A DNA stretch of 64,000 bases from Octopus vulgaris (lineage: Eukaryota), in NCBI GenBank assembly GCA_951406725.2, contig OX597823.1, positions 74,028,001 to 74,092,000 of the forward strand, written 5' to 3'. Both the position numbers and the translations under genes were made by a program. Positions 37,168 to 51,042 of this stretch are shown here, in pieces. Within the stretch, counting starts at the first letter, position 1. Each line of letters starts with the position of its first letter. Below the pieces are notes generated by a model, which had not been told where the DNA came from, did no database searches, and was given only the letters and a program-made list of their open reading frames with translations.

Positions 37168-38631
37168 ATATTCAGACGTACATATGTAATTTCTTGCAGA
37201 GAAAAGTCAATGGGGTCATATAAATGACTTAACTACATTTAATCATTTGTGAAACTATTTTGCTGCAAATGCAGTCTCGAAATAATTTTTGCATGTGGAA
37301 AGAAGTATGCAATGTTATGTTCTTATATGTGTCTATGCAAGATTTACTCACACAAGAATTAAATCGTTGGCGACTATTTTGATGCAATAGCTGTGTTAAA
37401 ACATTTGATTTAATTGTAAGAATTTGTAGGTATTTATTTTTACATTTTGTGATTATACAAACGCATCTGTATGTAGAGAAGTGACAAGTAGGACATATAA
37501 TTGACATGGATATCCATTTAATAATTTAAACATCTGTGAATCTATATTGATGAAAGTATTTAATTCTGTCTATGTGCATATGTTAACTTAAAATAAACAG
37601 GCACATTTATGACTGTATGTAGAGAAATATTAGCAAATATATTTTATGGAATATTTCACGTATAAATAGCTACAAATTCTATTTGCTAGCAAACTGTTTG
37701 AACAAGCTTTGAAAGAGTTGTAGTTAACCTCCACTTTACACGCACACACAGGCAAACACATGTGCACACATCTACATACGTACTCAAGTTCAACACATAT
37801 ACATAAAGTACCGAAGTGGAGAAGAGATACACAGTGTCGAAGTGGAGAAGAGCACGTGTGTAATAGTGCGTGTGAGTGAACGCTTGTATGTGTTTGTGTT
37901 TCTTTGTATGTGTGTGTGTGTGTGTGTATGTGTGTGTGCGTGTATTGCGTGTACTCTCTAAAAACTCATATCTACCTTAATTTCTCTTCAAAGATGAAAC
38001 TAATAACGTCTATCATCTTTTACCTTGGAATTCCTTGATAATTCAACAATGGAATTTGTTATGTCGCACGTTCGGATGCCTTCTACTCAACTCTCACCGC
38101 TACTCTGCAACTCCTGAGGTCTAGGCTTTTCCCTCCATATCTACGTATTGGGCTAGCCTACTTCATCGTCTGGGGGTGTCCACACAACAGAACTACAAAC
38201 GGATATTATTGGTCACTAAGAATTTCATCAATTCTTCGACCACGGAACTACCAACTAATATTATATCTACTTTGGGCATTCCTTAGTTATTCAACGAGCT
38301 GGTAACTACTAATATCCTTCCTTAATGATATTCCTTATTTAATTCTCGCTCCTCGATGCTTAGCTTACGTGGAAATTCTTGCTCAATAACACGTTGTACA
38401 TGCTTATGTATTCTAGAAACAGTTGTAAGAGACTACGTATTTATTATAATTACTTTGCACTATATTTAAATTACAAATTATAAATTAAAGGCTCTAAAGT
38501 AATACCACATGTTTCGCTTGCCTGGTTGTGTCTAGCGAGGGTGGTGGTATTAGAAAGGAAAGAGCCAATATGATCACGGGAAGAGAACAGCTAAGGGATA
38601 CGGGAGAGAGACGGTGAGTGTTAGTAAGGAG

Positions 38632-38921
38632 ATTCCTTCTCGAGCCACGCCTGGCTCATAAGGGCCGGTTTCCCGGTTTTCTTGGCATATAGGTTCCTCA
38701 CCTGGACGGGACGCCGGTCCGTCGCAGGTGAGCTGCAAGATGCAGGAGGAAAGAGTAAGAGAAAGTTGTGGTGAAAGAGTCAGCAGAAGTTCGCCATTAC
38801 CTTCTGCTGGAGCCGCGTGGAGCTTAGGTGTTTTGCTCATAAACACACACATCACCCGGTCTGCGATTCGAACCCACGACCCCTCGTCCGCTGTTCTAAC
38901 TACTAGGCCATATGCCACCAC
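38632..38921 (-). mobile_element. SINE family D with 10-bp TSD
   Basis: TSD TAGTAAGGAG at 38622-38631 and 38922-38931. Confidence 0.9.
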
Positions 38922-39559
38922 TAGTAAGGAGGTGGTGTTGATGAGAAGATGCATAGGCTGCAAGCGCACACGAAGAAAGGCTAGGAAATATAGTAGGGTC
39001 AAAACGAAGGAGCCAGAAGTGATGGAAGGTACGTTGAAAGGGTAGGATGGCTGGGTGGTAGGTGAAAGGAAAGAAGAAGTTGCGGTGGATTGGATTCTGG
39101 AGGTGTGACATAAGGAAAGAAAAACTATCAACGTGACAGGCGCGGAAAAGGGCAGCTTAGATAAGGGTGAATGGACAGTCATATCGAATGAATAAACTGG
39201 TCTTGTGTTCAATCTGGCTCTCAAACACGTGGTTGCGATTGCAGAAGAGGTGGAGACGAAGGAACTGAAAATAGGGATGGTGTGTTTGGAGTAGGTGTGG
39301 TGGGCGAATGAAAAGTCAAGGTAGGAATGAGAGCTGGTGGGTTTGTAGAAAACAGAAGTGGACAGAGTAAGGGCCGGATGGTCGCTAGAGACAGTAATTC
39401 AAGCGAATTAAGATAGGTATCAGAAATGGTGGAAGTAAAATGGTAAGACCTCTGAAAGGAGCATGAATGTGTAGATGTGTACATGCATATTCGCACATAA
39501 TATACGCATATACTCTGACACACAAATTTACTGATATATACACCGCTATATTTTAGAGA

Positions 39560-40830
39560 GGTTTCTTTATCGGCTATTAAAGGGTCATGATCACTGATGT
39601 CAATATGTGTGAATGCATAATCTTCTTTAGGATTTAAGGTGTGGAAGTAGTCTATAATTATGTCGGTTATATAGTGTTGTTCAAGAGTGTATGGAAACTG
39701 GAAAATCTATTGACTATTGGCTATTTGACTATAGGATGATATTATGGAGAATTTTCTTGCTGAATTTGCTTGATTTTGGTTTGGTAGGATTTATTAATCT
39801 GATAGAAAGGTTATTTTTGAATTTGTCATTGTCATTAAAAAGAAAAATTATTGCCTTTGGAGTTTTGTAACAGGGAAAGAAATCAATAATATCAAAATCC
39901 GTTAATTTATACAGATGATCATTACTAACATTATTTGAATATTTCGTAACGATTTAAAAGTAAGTTTTTAAAAATTTTAACGATTAGTGTGTCTTAATAG
40001 TTTTGATAACGACTCCTAATTGACTTTTAATAAGACTAAGAAATCTAGTTATTGGGTTGCTGGAAAATTAGTTTTATGGTTCTTAAAAGTGATATATTGT
40101 GTATATTGTACTAAGATTTCAACGCTCTTTTCTATATTTAAATTAGTAATGATCTCTTCAGCTTCTAATTTTGATGTAACTTTATTACTTTTTTGCAAAT
40201 AACTATAATATTATTGGATAAAAAATATTTGTATTATGGGACAATCTATTTCATTTAATGATTTTGCTTTTTATTGAATGTGCAAATTTATTTTTGGAGT
40301 CATTGAAACTTTTCAATTTGTGCTTAAGGATTTTTAGAAAATTACTTTTCTAACTAAATTTAAGATATTCATTTGAAATGACTCCAATAATTTGTTTTGA
40401 GGAGACACTTTAGAGTTTTGAAACCGAACTAATTTCAATCGATAACTCAGTATCTTTTTTAGTGGTTTAGCGGTGTTTCAAAATTATTCTTTTAGCAATA
40501 TCGGTTCAGTAGATGTAACTGTTCATTTAATTTTTTCCTGAGGTGATCGTGATATTCTTCGTTGAAAAATCCAGCGGGTGCTTACTTGTTCATACTTTTT
40601 TTGGTTTTCATAAAATTCTGAAGTAGTAAATCAGTCTTAGTAGAAGAGTAGATGCTTGCTTGTGTATGCACAATGATAAAAAAAGTACTTCGCAGAAATT
40701 GCAGAGTGATATATTTAATTGAAGATGAAACTTCACAATTGTTGCTCTGAGTTCCATCTTTTAGATCCTCAGGCAATTCTGACGTTAACAAAGAACACGT
40801 TTTTGTATACATAAGATTTGAAATGGCACT
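39560..40830 (-). pseudogene. Highly decayed Penelope-like RT region
   Basis: Minus-strand KNHKTNF..NPITRFLSLIKSQLG (about 40010-40085) and DFDIIDFFP (about 39872-39900) resemble the PLE RT motifs KDHKxNF..NPxxRLINPxKS and FDIxxFYP; extent uncertain. Confidence 0.55.
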
Positions 40831-40989
40831 GATATTTAGCAAATTATTTGAAAATAGACTAGAAATAGGATTATGATTGGTTATCAAAATCTTACTAAAT
40901 TATTGTTGACGTATACTTGAAAATACATGTCAAAAATACATGTAGTGTGTACTATGTAAAGGGATATTCCGAATGTATATATATATCTT

Positions 40990-41176
40990 TTGTCTGTTTC
41001 AGTCATTTGACTGTGGCCATGCTGCAGCAACACCTTAAAATTTTAGTCGAATGTATCGACCCCAATACTTACCCTACTGGTCTCTTTCGCCAAACCATTA
41101 CGCTACGGGGACGTAAATGCACCAGCATCGGTTGTCAAGCGGTGGTAGGGGACAAACACAGGCACAAAGATACACA

Positions 41177-41240
<64 letters not shown>

Positions 41241-41369
41241 CGTACATACATACGACAGGCTTCTTTCAGTTTCCGTCTACAAGATCTACTCACAAGGCTT
41301 TGACTGGCCCGAGTATATAGTAGAAGACAGTTGCCCAAGGTACTACGCAGTAGGACTGAACCTTGAACC

Positions 41370-41372
<3 letters not shown>
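40990..41372 (-). mobile_element. SINE family A
   Basis: Consensus match, internal (TA)n. Confidence 0.88.
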
Positions 41373-41419
<47 letters not shown>

Positions 41420-41423
<4 letters not shown>

Positions 41424-43286
41424 CAAACTTGGTGTGTTGACTTAACGTAATGCCGAAGCAGTATATCTCAAATTTCAGCTTTCAAATTTAAGTAGTTTAG
41501 GGTTATAGAGTTTTTAATTTGTTACCACTTAGGCCCTACTTTAGGAGATATCCTCTTCCTCTCCTTTTTATTTCTGTGACGCTAAAAACTCTGACTATAT
41601 TAACTGTTTTTCAGAATAGTAGGCTTATCCAACGAGAGTATCTAAAATAATGTCTCATAAGAGAAGTGCTTGTGTCACTCAAAGAAACAAAAATATCTGG
41701 ACGAAGAATCTCGTGCAATTTCAATACTCACATAAAAAAAAAGAAGACCTGTTCCTCTAGAAAAGCATTCTTTGGAAACAACTGCAGGATACCAATGAAA
41801 CTTCAAATTGTCGGTAGCTACCTCTTCCTTGGAGGTACCGTCAAAGGAAGGGAAGAAAGAAGCAACTCCAGTGTTATCCTCAACGTCTGAAGCATAGAGG
41901 GAAGGTGAATATTAAGAGTCTGAAAAATCCGATGAAAAATCCACACAAACAAGGAGGAAGTATAGTATAACTGGAACTGCAATCAAGATAGTAATATATT
42001 CAAAGCTATCAACCCTAAAAGCAGTAACAGTTTGTTGACAATTATCTCAAGAAGAATTCAATGTAGTGACTCCTTCCCAACCTGGTATTTACAGATCGAC
42101 TATCAAAGAAGCTGTTAAACTAAAAAGGAAAATGAAGAAAACACTACATTTACAAAACTGGTCATGGCATTTTGATGGTAAACGTATTGATTACTAAGAA
42201 TACCAAGTGCTAGTTTTAAAGAATGAACAGTGAAGAGTTAAGTTAGAAGCACTCCAATTACCAAAGGGAAAAGCCGACACTGTTGTGAAAGGAATAACAG
42301 CTCTTTTAGATGAATACAATTTATGGAACCGTGTAAAGATGATTGTCGCTGATATAACGAGCGTGAGCACTAGGAACAGAAATGGCAGTGTCATTCAGTT
42401 GTAAAGACTGTTTGCTCAAAAGGGTTTGAAAGAACCGCAGTTCATTGGTTGTCAGCATCATATCCTTGATAGAGTTATTCGTGTTGTAATGGATAACGAA
42501 CTGAGAGAAAAAAGTCATCCCCCAATATTGAATATACATTCATCCCTGAGCTTCTAAGTAATTACGAGAAACTCCAGGTTAATTTCAACAACGGTGAAGA
42601 AAAGATTACTGAATCAGCAGGATGGCGAGAAGACATGACATTTCTATTTCATTTCACCAGAGTTTATCGTTTCTTTGAAGAAATCGGCAAATTTCCTACT
42701 GTAATGTTTCAAAAAATACTCAAGTAATGCAAGATGGAATTCTCTTAGCTCTTTTAGCCTTTATCCTTCTACCAAAGAAGAGAGTTTTACTTCTTAATGT
42801 TTGTCGATTCATCTTTTACAGCTGGGCAGAGTTTTGGTCTACTGACCAAATGTTCAATGCACATGATTATCAGAAGTTATGTGGTAGCCTATAAGTTCAT
42901 TAAAAAAGCATTGAATTTTGTAAAAAACTTTTGGAGTCGAGAACCATCAAAACTGGAAATTCCCAGAACAAATCAGAGTGCAGAACGGGTAATGAAGTGC
43001 CTTCAAGATCTTTATGATGTTTTTAAAAAGGAGAAACTTCAGCTTGGATTTATTTTATCTGACAAAACATATTAATTCTTTGTTATGTTTAAAAATTTGC
43101 TAACATTCAGCACTCTTTTTCTTATGTTGTTATTTAAAATTAGAATTAAACCTATAAAGTAAAAAATATGTATTTAAAATTTTTTTATATGTTATCGAAT
43201 GCTTGTAGTGGCTTCTGTCTTAAAATAGCCTAGTTTTGACCATTTGCATAGAGCAATTTCAACTCAGTAATCTTTTGGGCGCCTAA
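41420..43286 (+). pseudogene. Decayed DDE DNA transposon, hAT-like (hATm-type motifs)
   Basis: Across frames: WHFDGK, IVADITSVSTRNRNG, GCQHHILD, NARWNS, PRTNQSAERVMK; possible right end GGGCGCCTAA at 43277-43286. Confidence 0.6.
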
Positions 43287-45530
43287 ATATGGTTGAACCT
43301 ATTTCTATAGTAAGGTACAATATTTATCAGCACTGAAGGGTGAAAATCAAGGTTGGTTTCGTTGGGATTTAAATCCACTCTGGGCGTAGAGAGTCAGAGC
43401 GAATACCACAAACATTTCTATTCGATGCTCTAACGACTCATTATACTTTGCTTATGTGCCACGTATATGAATCCTTCCATAGTAAATTCTGTGGAGAGGA
43501 ATACACTGTGCCGTTCTCTCTTGAGATATCGCCCAAAACTTCCCAGATGGAGACAAAACCAACAAGTAATCTAAGTAGTCGCTCGATCTATCAGATATAA
43601 CAGCCAAATTGCAATTCACAAGCTTAAAGATGGATGCACGAAAATAGGAACGGTCACGGCTGGAATGCCTTTAATCATAATTTTGCTTACTCAAGCAATA
43701 ACAACATCACCAAGAACATTGAATATGTGTCATCCTCCAACAGGCGAATAGCATTCAACTATTGAACTGCAGATCAGTGAATAATTTAGATTATAGCTTA
43801 ATTATAGTTAGCAAATAACGATTATGTCGAGTAATTAACAGTTTCAAATTTATTTCCTGAAAGATCACAAGTTTGTGATTTGCATAATGAATTGGAACCT
43901 GTTTTGACATCGTACTAAACAAGTAAGAGCTAACCTTATTAGTGAATCAAAATAAAATTTTAATCAGTCGAAATTGTGTTTGGAGTTAGAAGAGAACTTA
44001 AAAATGTTTACTTAATTAAAAACTAAACATCTCCACTGGGTATCTTCATTTCGTATTTTTTTTTATAAAATCCGTTTAGGTTTCGGAGCTCTTGATAAGG
44101 AATTTTTAAATTCTCTTAACGAGTGTAATTTCAATTGATTTAACATTATCTTACACTTACAGTATTATGTTATCGTACACTTAACTATAAGCTCTTGAGG
44201 CAGAAATCATACTTGGGAAGTTTTCCTGTCATTGATTATAAATAATCTGAGGTGGTTCAGTTTGAAAAAATACATTAGTTTTAGCAAGGTTGGGAAGGAT
44301 TTTGCCATATTTAAATCAGTAAAGAGGGTAGGGTTGTATTTGGGCTGGAGTAAGTTTGACAAACTTTTATTGATGGATTTTGTAAAAAAAAAAAGAAACA
44401 AAATAAAAATAAAAAATTTAAGATTCCTTGAACCAAGAAAATAATTTTCTTGTTTAAAGTAGCATATTAAAGAGAATTCCTTATTCTTTACGAAAATGTT
44501 CTGGATATAATCAATGTCTTAGAAACGCATTTACGGAACATTGCTTTTGAAGATTTTCCAATATAATTAAATTAAAACCCACTGCACAAGCGATAGTGAT
44601 GCAGTCTCCAATTCTAAGCAGTATATGCACTTTTTGTTCTTTTGTAAAAAAAAAAAGAAGGAAGAAAGAAAGAAAGAAAGAAAGAAATAATGCTTTCATG
44701 CTATTTCAGGAAGAACCGAAATAAATTTTATAGCCATTCAGAATATACAAGAGAAAGGTTATTTATTTTTACTGTTTTGAAGTTAAGTGAAGAGAGAGAA
44801 AAAAAAAAACAACCCCAGTAAGAACAACAAACTTACAACAAAAACAAAATATAAAATAAACAGCAACAAAAATTACCAACAAGGACAGCAAAAGCAGCAG
44901 CGGCAGCAGCCAATAAGAAAAAAAGACAAGAGTAACCCATAAGAATCAGTATCGCTTATAAACCTTGAGGGAATTACTATTTTGCCTATCCTAGGGAGAT
45001 TGTATGGTGAAAATACAAGAAATGTTAATCCGGTACGCACGGTCTCTGAACAGATAATTTTTCAGGGAAATATTTTGTTGTTCATCAATTTGCTAGCGTA
45101 AACGTCAAATGAAATGGACGGACTATTGTCGGATAACCAGTTTAGTTATTGACCTCTGAATTCTTCCACCTTCAAGCAAGAATACACTAGAGTGGTTGTC
45201 AATTTCCTTCTCGAGGCACATGGGATGATTTAAGCCCATCTCTGCAAGCTAATAAACGATCGATCGAATGTAAGGTGTTACGTTATAAAGCTTGACATTG
45301 AAGAGAGAGAGAAAGAGAGAGAGATGGGGGAGGGAGGCAAAGAAAGGGTCAAGTTGCACGGAAAATGTCTTGATATTTGTACTAGTTCTTTACGTTCTGC
45401 GTTCAAATCTCACCGGGGTTAACATTGCTTTCGTCATTTCAGGTTCGATAAAATGAAGTCAAGTACTGTGTTCGATGTAATTAACCCCTCCCCTCAAAAC
45501 GACTAGTTTTGTGCCGGAATTAGAAACAAC

Positions 45531-45916
45531 TCTTTTACTCTTTTACTTGTTTCAGTCATGTGACTGTGACCATGCTGGAGCACCGCCTTTTTAGTCGAGA
45601 AAATCGACCCCAGGACTTATTCTTTGTTATCTTTTGCCAAACCGCTAAGTTACGGGGACGTAAACACACCAGCATCGGTTGTCAAGCGATGTTGGGGGGA
45701 CAAACACAGACATACACACACACACATATATATATACATACATATATATACATATATACGACGGGCTTCTTTCAGTTTCCGTCTACCAAATCCACTCACA
45801 AGGCTTTGGTTGGCCCAAGGTTATACTAGAAAACACTTGCCCAAGGTGCTACGCAGTGGAACTCAACCCGTAACCATGTGGTTCGTAAGCAAGCTACTTA
45901 CCACACAGCCACTCCT
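45531..45916 (-). mobile_element. SINE family A, young copy
   Basis: Consensus match with CpGs retained; preceded by an old family-B copy at 45350-45525. Confidence 0.92.
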
Positions 45917-46298
45917 ACAATTGTTATTATGTTTAAGAAATACCTCCAACTTGAATTGTTTCTTGTTTAAGAATCATATAGTTTTGAAAATGATGTTTGA
46001 TTTACAACAAATGCAAATCAGATTCAAATTATTGAGAACCAAACAAAGAGCATAACAGAATCTTTTTTAAGTGTAACAAATACCAACAGTTGGCAAAAGA
46101 ATTATCATTGGTAGGACACTGGCATTGATTAACAAATCCATTTTAAATATACATTTACAAAATCAATTCCATTTAATAAGAAACGAGACCATTTACAAAG
46201 TTGTAATTGAAACGAAATACTTAACTAACGGTAAGGTACTGACGATATTCATATAAGGAAGCTTTCAACTCAATAATAAAAATAATAATAATAATAAT

Positions 46299-46838
46299 GC
46301 CCTGATGCAGTACCAGGCAGTGGCTCTCATGGCTTCTGATCTTAACTGATTGGAAGTGTTATCATGTACATTGTTTTGTCTTGGTATAAAAGATGGGCTA
46401 CAGCAAATATTCTGCTCAATACCACAGATTTGCTTGTCAGTTGTTTGACCTTAACTAGTTGAGCATGTCCCTTAGTGACTGACGATATGTGCATCTCTGA
46501 TCACGAGCAGAAGAAGTGGGGGAGCATCATAGCCATGTGTTTAGAAGGATTCTTTGGGGTTTGAATAATTCACCTCTGGAAACATGGGTGTTTCATTCAA
46601 CATCCTTAAACAATCTTTATTCAGGGACCTTTTGAGCGGGATGGGTCCCTCGACCAGAAGAAAATTCTAACTAGGTCATGTGCTATTTATCTTGATATGA
46701 GATCTCCATGTCGTGCACATATGGTTGGGATGCATGTGACTGGTGTACCCTTATCAGACGGGTAGTCATGATGGGTATACTGGTCTTCGTATATTTTACC
46801 CCAGTGTCACTTTGATGGTATGCACTGCTCTCTCACTC
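46299..46838. mobile_element. 540-bp non-coding element inserted in an (AAT)n tract
   Basis: (AAT)n on both sides (46272-46298, 46839-46912); higher GC than the flanks; no ORF. Confidence 0.55.
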
Positions 46839-46851
46839 AATAATAATGATG

Positions 46852-46913
<62 letters not shown>

Positions 46914-47085
46914 TAAATTTGGATAAAAGACAGAAAATAAAATGAGTAAATTGTAAAATGGTCATTATTACTTCATATAAAATCTAACTACTCAGTGATT
47001 ACCAACCGACAGAACATAATAGTTTCCAATTATAGCAGAATTGATACCTTTTAATCGAAATTAATTTGTTATTTTGTTGAAACTT

Positions 47086-47828
47086 TTAGGTTGTCAAGAA
47101 AGTTCTTGTAGAATTTTTAATTTTGGTTTTAAATGATATATTTTCAAATTAATTCTCGTCAAATTACCTTGACTTTATATATCATTTTAAAGCCCGGTGT
47201 TTGCTCTATCTAAACGTGTTACTCTTTCTTTTTGAATAATTAGGCCATTTTTTCCGGAACGTTGAATACGACATGGACAAAAAGCAAATTCGTACAATTT
47301 TCTTATTCCAGTTCAAGCTAGACCGAAAAGCTGCTGAAACAGCACGCGATATCAGCGATGTGTTTGGCCCAAGAACCACTAATGAATGTATAGCACAATG
47401 GTGGTTCAAGAAATCTCGTAGCGGTGGCGAGAGTCTTGAAGATGATAAGCGTAGTGGTCGGCCATCGGATGTTGAAAACGATCAGCTAAGAACCTTAGTG
47501 GAAGCCAATCCACGCACAACTGTTCGAAAGCTTGCTTCTGAATTAGACGTAACGTATACGACAATTTCCAACCGTTTGAAAGAGATTGGAAAAACAAGAA
47601 TACTTGAGAAATGGGTGCCGCACGAATTGAACGACAACCCCCCCAAAACTTCATCGCCACTAGAACGCAGGATTTTCACGCTTCTGGCTTAAATAAACTT
47701 GTTTCACGTTGGCAAAAGTGTGTTGATTCTGATAGTGTATATTTCGATTAATAAAGTTTCATTTGTGCCGAGATATGTGCATCTGAATTTAAAGGCTAAG
47801 AACCGCAAGAACTTTTTTGAAAACCTAA
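47086..47828 (+). mobile_element. Internally deleted mariner (Hsmar1/cecropia-like) with both TIRs
   Basis: TIRs TTAGGTTGTCAAGAAAGTTCTTG / CAAGAACTTTTTTGAAAACCTAA+TA; ORF 47273-47692 runs from MDKKQIR through RSGRPS to WVPHEL, then lacks the DD34D domain. Confidence 0.93.
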
Positions 47829-48410
47829 TATAATTAGGAACCGACATAGAAAACCTCTATGGCTCACTGGACCTGTTAGAAACAACAGCTAAATTGTCTG
47901 TCAAATGACAGCTAACTTCCGAAATAAAAGGTAGTTCCTGATATCCAAAAGGACACGCTGGTCCTGACAGGAACCATTTTGATAATAGATTTACACGATC
48001 AGTGTTTTCTGTGCTAAACACCAACAGCAAGAACTTGCTGAAGTGGTAAAAGCTATTACTTGGAATAACTAATCAGAGGCTCCGTAACAACAATACCGCT
48101 AGCATCTGTCAGAGTGGCCGTTTATTTATCTACATACTCACTTACTTACCATAACCTTACTTTAAGACATATAATTTGAACACGACTGTATGTATGCCCG
48201 AGAGGCTGCTTATTAGTTCTTTCTTTTACACAAGATATATATCTACTTTATACATAATAATTAAATACGCCGTTAGAGAACTGTTGACCGTGAAATTGGC
48301 CAACAGACGAGAAAACCTGGTAAATAAAATATTTGATCATCTACTCACATACATACGTGCATACATACATACATACATACATACATACATACATACATAC
48401 TTGCATATAA

Positions 48411-48462
<52 letters not shown>

Positions 48463-48465
<3 letters not shown>

Positions 48466-48673
48466 TTAATCCAAACATGAAAACACAAAGAGAAAACACA
48501 ACAACACGAGGACGTGGAACAAGTATTGTGTTATTGGACGTTCAGGAAAGGAAAGAAAGAAGGAGGATTTAACGTTTCGAGTCGAGCTCTTCGTCAGAAA
48601 CATAGGAAAAGGAAAGAGCCAAGGGAGGGAAGACGAAGGAAAAAAAAATCGCCAACGATACACATGCGGTCAC

Positions 48674-48675
<2 letters not shown>
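48463..48675 (-). mobile_element. Short PLE-like terminal element between two (TA)n tracts
   Basis: Contains a hammerhead-like motif; similar layout to 27131-27345. Confidence 0.6.
48566..48601 (-). ncRNA. Minimal hammerhead-like motif with extra A after A9
   Basis: GUUU-CUGACGA-A-GAG-cucga-CUC-GAAA-CGU-UA-AAUC; palindromic AACGUU; weak stem I. Confidence 0.55.
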
Positions 48676-48742
<67 letters not shown>

Positions 48743-48794
48743 ATAGAAGGGACAAACAAGGACAGACATAGGTATTAAGTCGATTACATCGACC

Positions 48795-48868
<74 letters not shown>

Positions 48869-48929
48869 TTCTTTTATGTGAACTGGCCATACAAATACCC
48901 TGAAACTAGATAAATGAATTGTACCTGAC

Positions 48930-49695
48930 AAAGCAGGAGCAGAATTACTATTTCATGTGATGGGTGAATTTTTCCTAAGCTGACTTGTGCTTGAGTCAAC
49001 ATGACAAGACAAAACTACCCTGGACCTGATATTAAAGCAAAGACACTAGCTTCATCCGTAGGATTTCAGTTGAAAAACTCTTCTCTCTGACCACGATATG
49101 GTACTCGGCAACCTTTGTTTCCGGCATTACAATGCTAAACCAGTCTCTCCTTCGACTCAGTGTACCTGTTCGATAACATCAATCTTTGCAAAGCAAACTC
49201 GGGAGCAATTAAAAAAAGATCTGTCACTTATCGACTGGTCGTTCACTAACAGTTCGTCTGATACTGAAACAGCATGGCGGCGCTTTGAGAACACTCTAAC
49301 CTTTACATGCTCAAAGCATGCTTCTACGAAACTCACAAGCACTAGTAGAAATAGGCTCCCAAAATAGAAAAAAACCCCACTTATCTGAAGAATCAAAAGA
49401 CTTTAAAAAAAATCAACCATAAAAAATTTCATCAACAGCATCCATATACAACAGCAATAAGAAGGTTTGTGTTGGATTTGCAGATCAGCATGGAAACCCA
49501 CATCGACAACCAAAGAGCTGGAGAGAAAAACTGTGTAGTCAAAAAAATCAAATAGAATTGAAGCGTCCTATTCATATGCCAAAAAGCAGAAGACCACTGT
49601 TTCACCCGCTCGTCCACAGAGAGATGATAACTGCATTTTCCACCATGACACAAAAGGAATGACAGAAGTACTTCAGAAACAGTATTGCTCTGTTA
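48930..49695 (+). pseudogene. CR1/L2-like LINE ORF2 fragment (end of APE domain and linker)
   Basis: TTLDLIL, SDHDMV, LSLIDW...AWRRF, MTEVLQKQYCSV; many frameshifts. Confidence 0.7.
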
Positions 49696-49699
49696 GTAT

Positions 49700-50031
49700 A
49701 AGGCGGCGAGCTGGCAGAAACGTTAGCACGCTAGGCGAAATGTTTAGCGGTATTTCGTCTGCCGTTATGTTCTGAGTTCAAATTCCGCCGAGGTCGACTT
49801 TGCCTTTCATCCTTTCGGGGTCGATAAATTAAGTATCACTTATGCACTGGGGTTGAAATATAATCGACTTAATCCGTTTGTCTGTCCTTGTTTGTCCTCT
49901 CTGTGTTTAGCCCCTTGTGGGTAATAAAGAAATGGGTATTTCGTCTGCCGCTACGTTCTGAGTTCAAATTCCACCGAGGTCGACTTTGTCTTTCATCCTT
50001 TCGGGGTCGATTAAATAAGTACCAGTTACGC
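49700..50031 (+). mobile_element. Family-B SINE with partial second body
   Basis: Tail AAAGAAATG joins GGTATTTCGTCTGCC as in the trimers. Confidence 0.9.
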
Positions 50032-50241
50032 AGAAGTGTGACGAAAGAACTCTGGCCAAAATAAGATTAAGATTAAGATTAATGTTAAAAATAAATAAAG
50101 CTGAAGCAAATTAACACCAAATATATAGTGCGTGTGTTTTTATTGGCTAAACTGGCAAAATGACCATTTCTAAATACAACAACATCTGTTTCAACACACG
50201 ATTTCACATCAAGAATCTTGCAAAACAAATATATAAACGTA

Positions 50242-50287
<46 letters not shown>

Positions 50288-51000
50288 GGCTACATACACA
50301 GAGGCATATTTACTCGTAAATAAACACATACAACAATGGAAAAACACACACGCACAAACACAATATAGAATATATATGTATAATAAATACTCTATTCTAT
50401 TAATCTCAAATTTGTTTCACAAACGCAAAAGTTAAAAAATATTGACTTCTGGCAAGACACTTCACTCTTTTGCAACGACCAATGAACCAACAGTTTGCAA
50501 TTATAAAGAGTATTTACAGTGTTAGAAAAAGCGTGGTGAAAAGGCCGCAGCAACATTTAAATTTAATACTTAATATACTATATTTTATCTCAGGCTATCA
50601 CAGTTTATCATTTCTATGACAAACGCTCTGTAAATGAAACCATTGAGTTAACTGTTGCCAAACATGATGTGTATGGGTCACTGCCAGAGATCTTCCTCTC
50701 CTACCTATACACCCAACACCATTTCCCCCTCCTGAAGCTATCTATGCAACAATTAGTAATGTGTGCACCCATTTAAAAAAATTGATTTTATGGGCAAAAG
50801 AATTCGTTCTAAACGAAACAACGTGTGTGTCTATACCCGTTTATGTACGCACGCGTGTATATATATATATATAGAACGTTATTCATATATGTATATGCAT
50901 TATCGGAAAATTCCGTGGCAGTTCGAAGGGGAAAGTTCAGTATATATATGTGCGTTTACATGCTTATATGCATAATACAATGTATAATATTTTCGTGTGC

Positions 51001-51042
<42 letters not shown>

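Noticed and set aside
38330-38552. Two GAAA-palindrome motifs (GAAACAGTTGTA on +, CGAAACATGT on -) with local stems
   Set aside because: No recognisable CUGANGA core in register; possibly decayed PLE termini, but not supportable
44940-45260. Unique-looking segment tested for coding potential
   Set aside because: Only short frames with no recognisable motif
47273-47692. SETMAR-like host gene or active transposase
   Set aside because: No SET domain, flanked by TIRs, catalytic domain deleted
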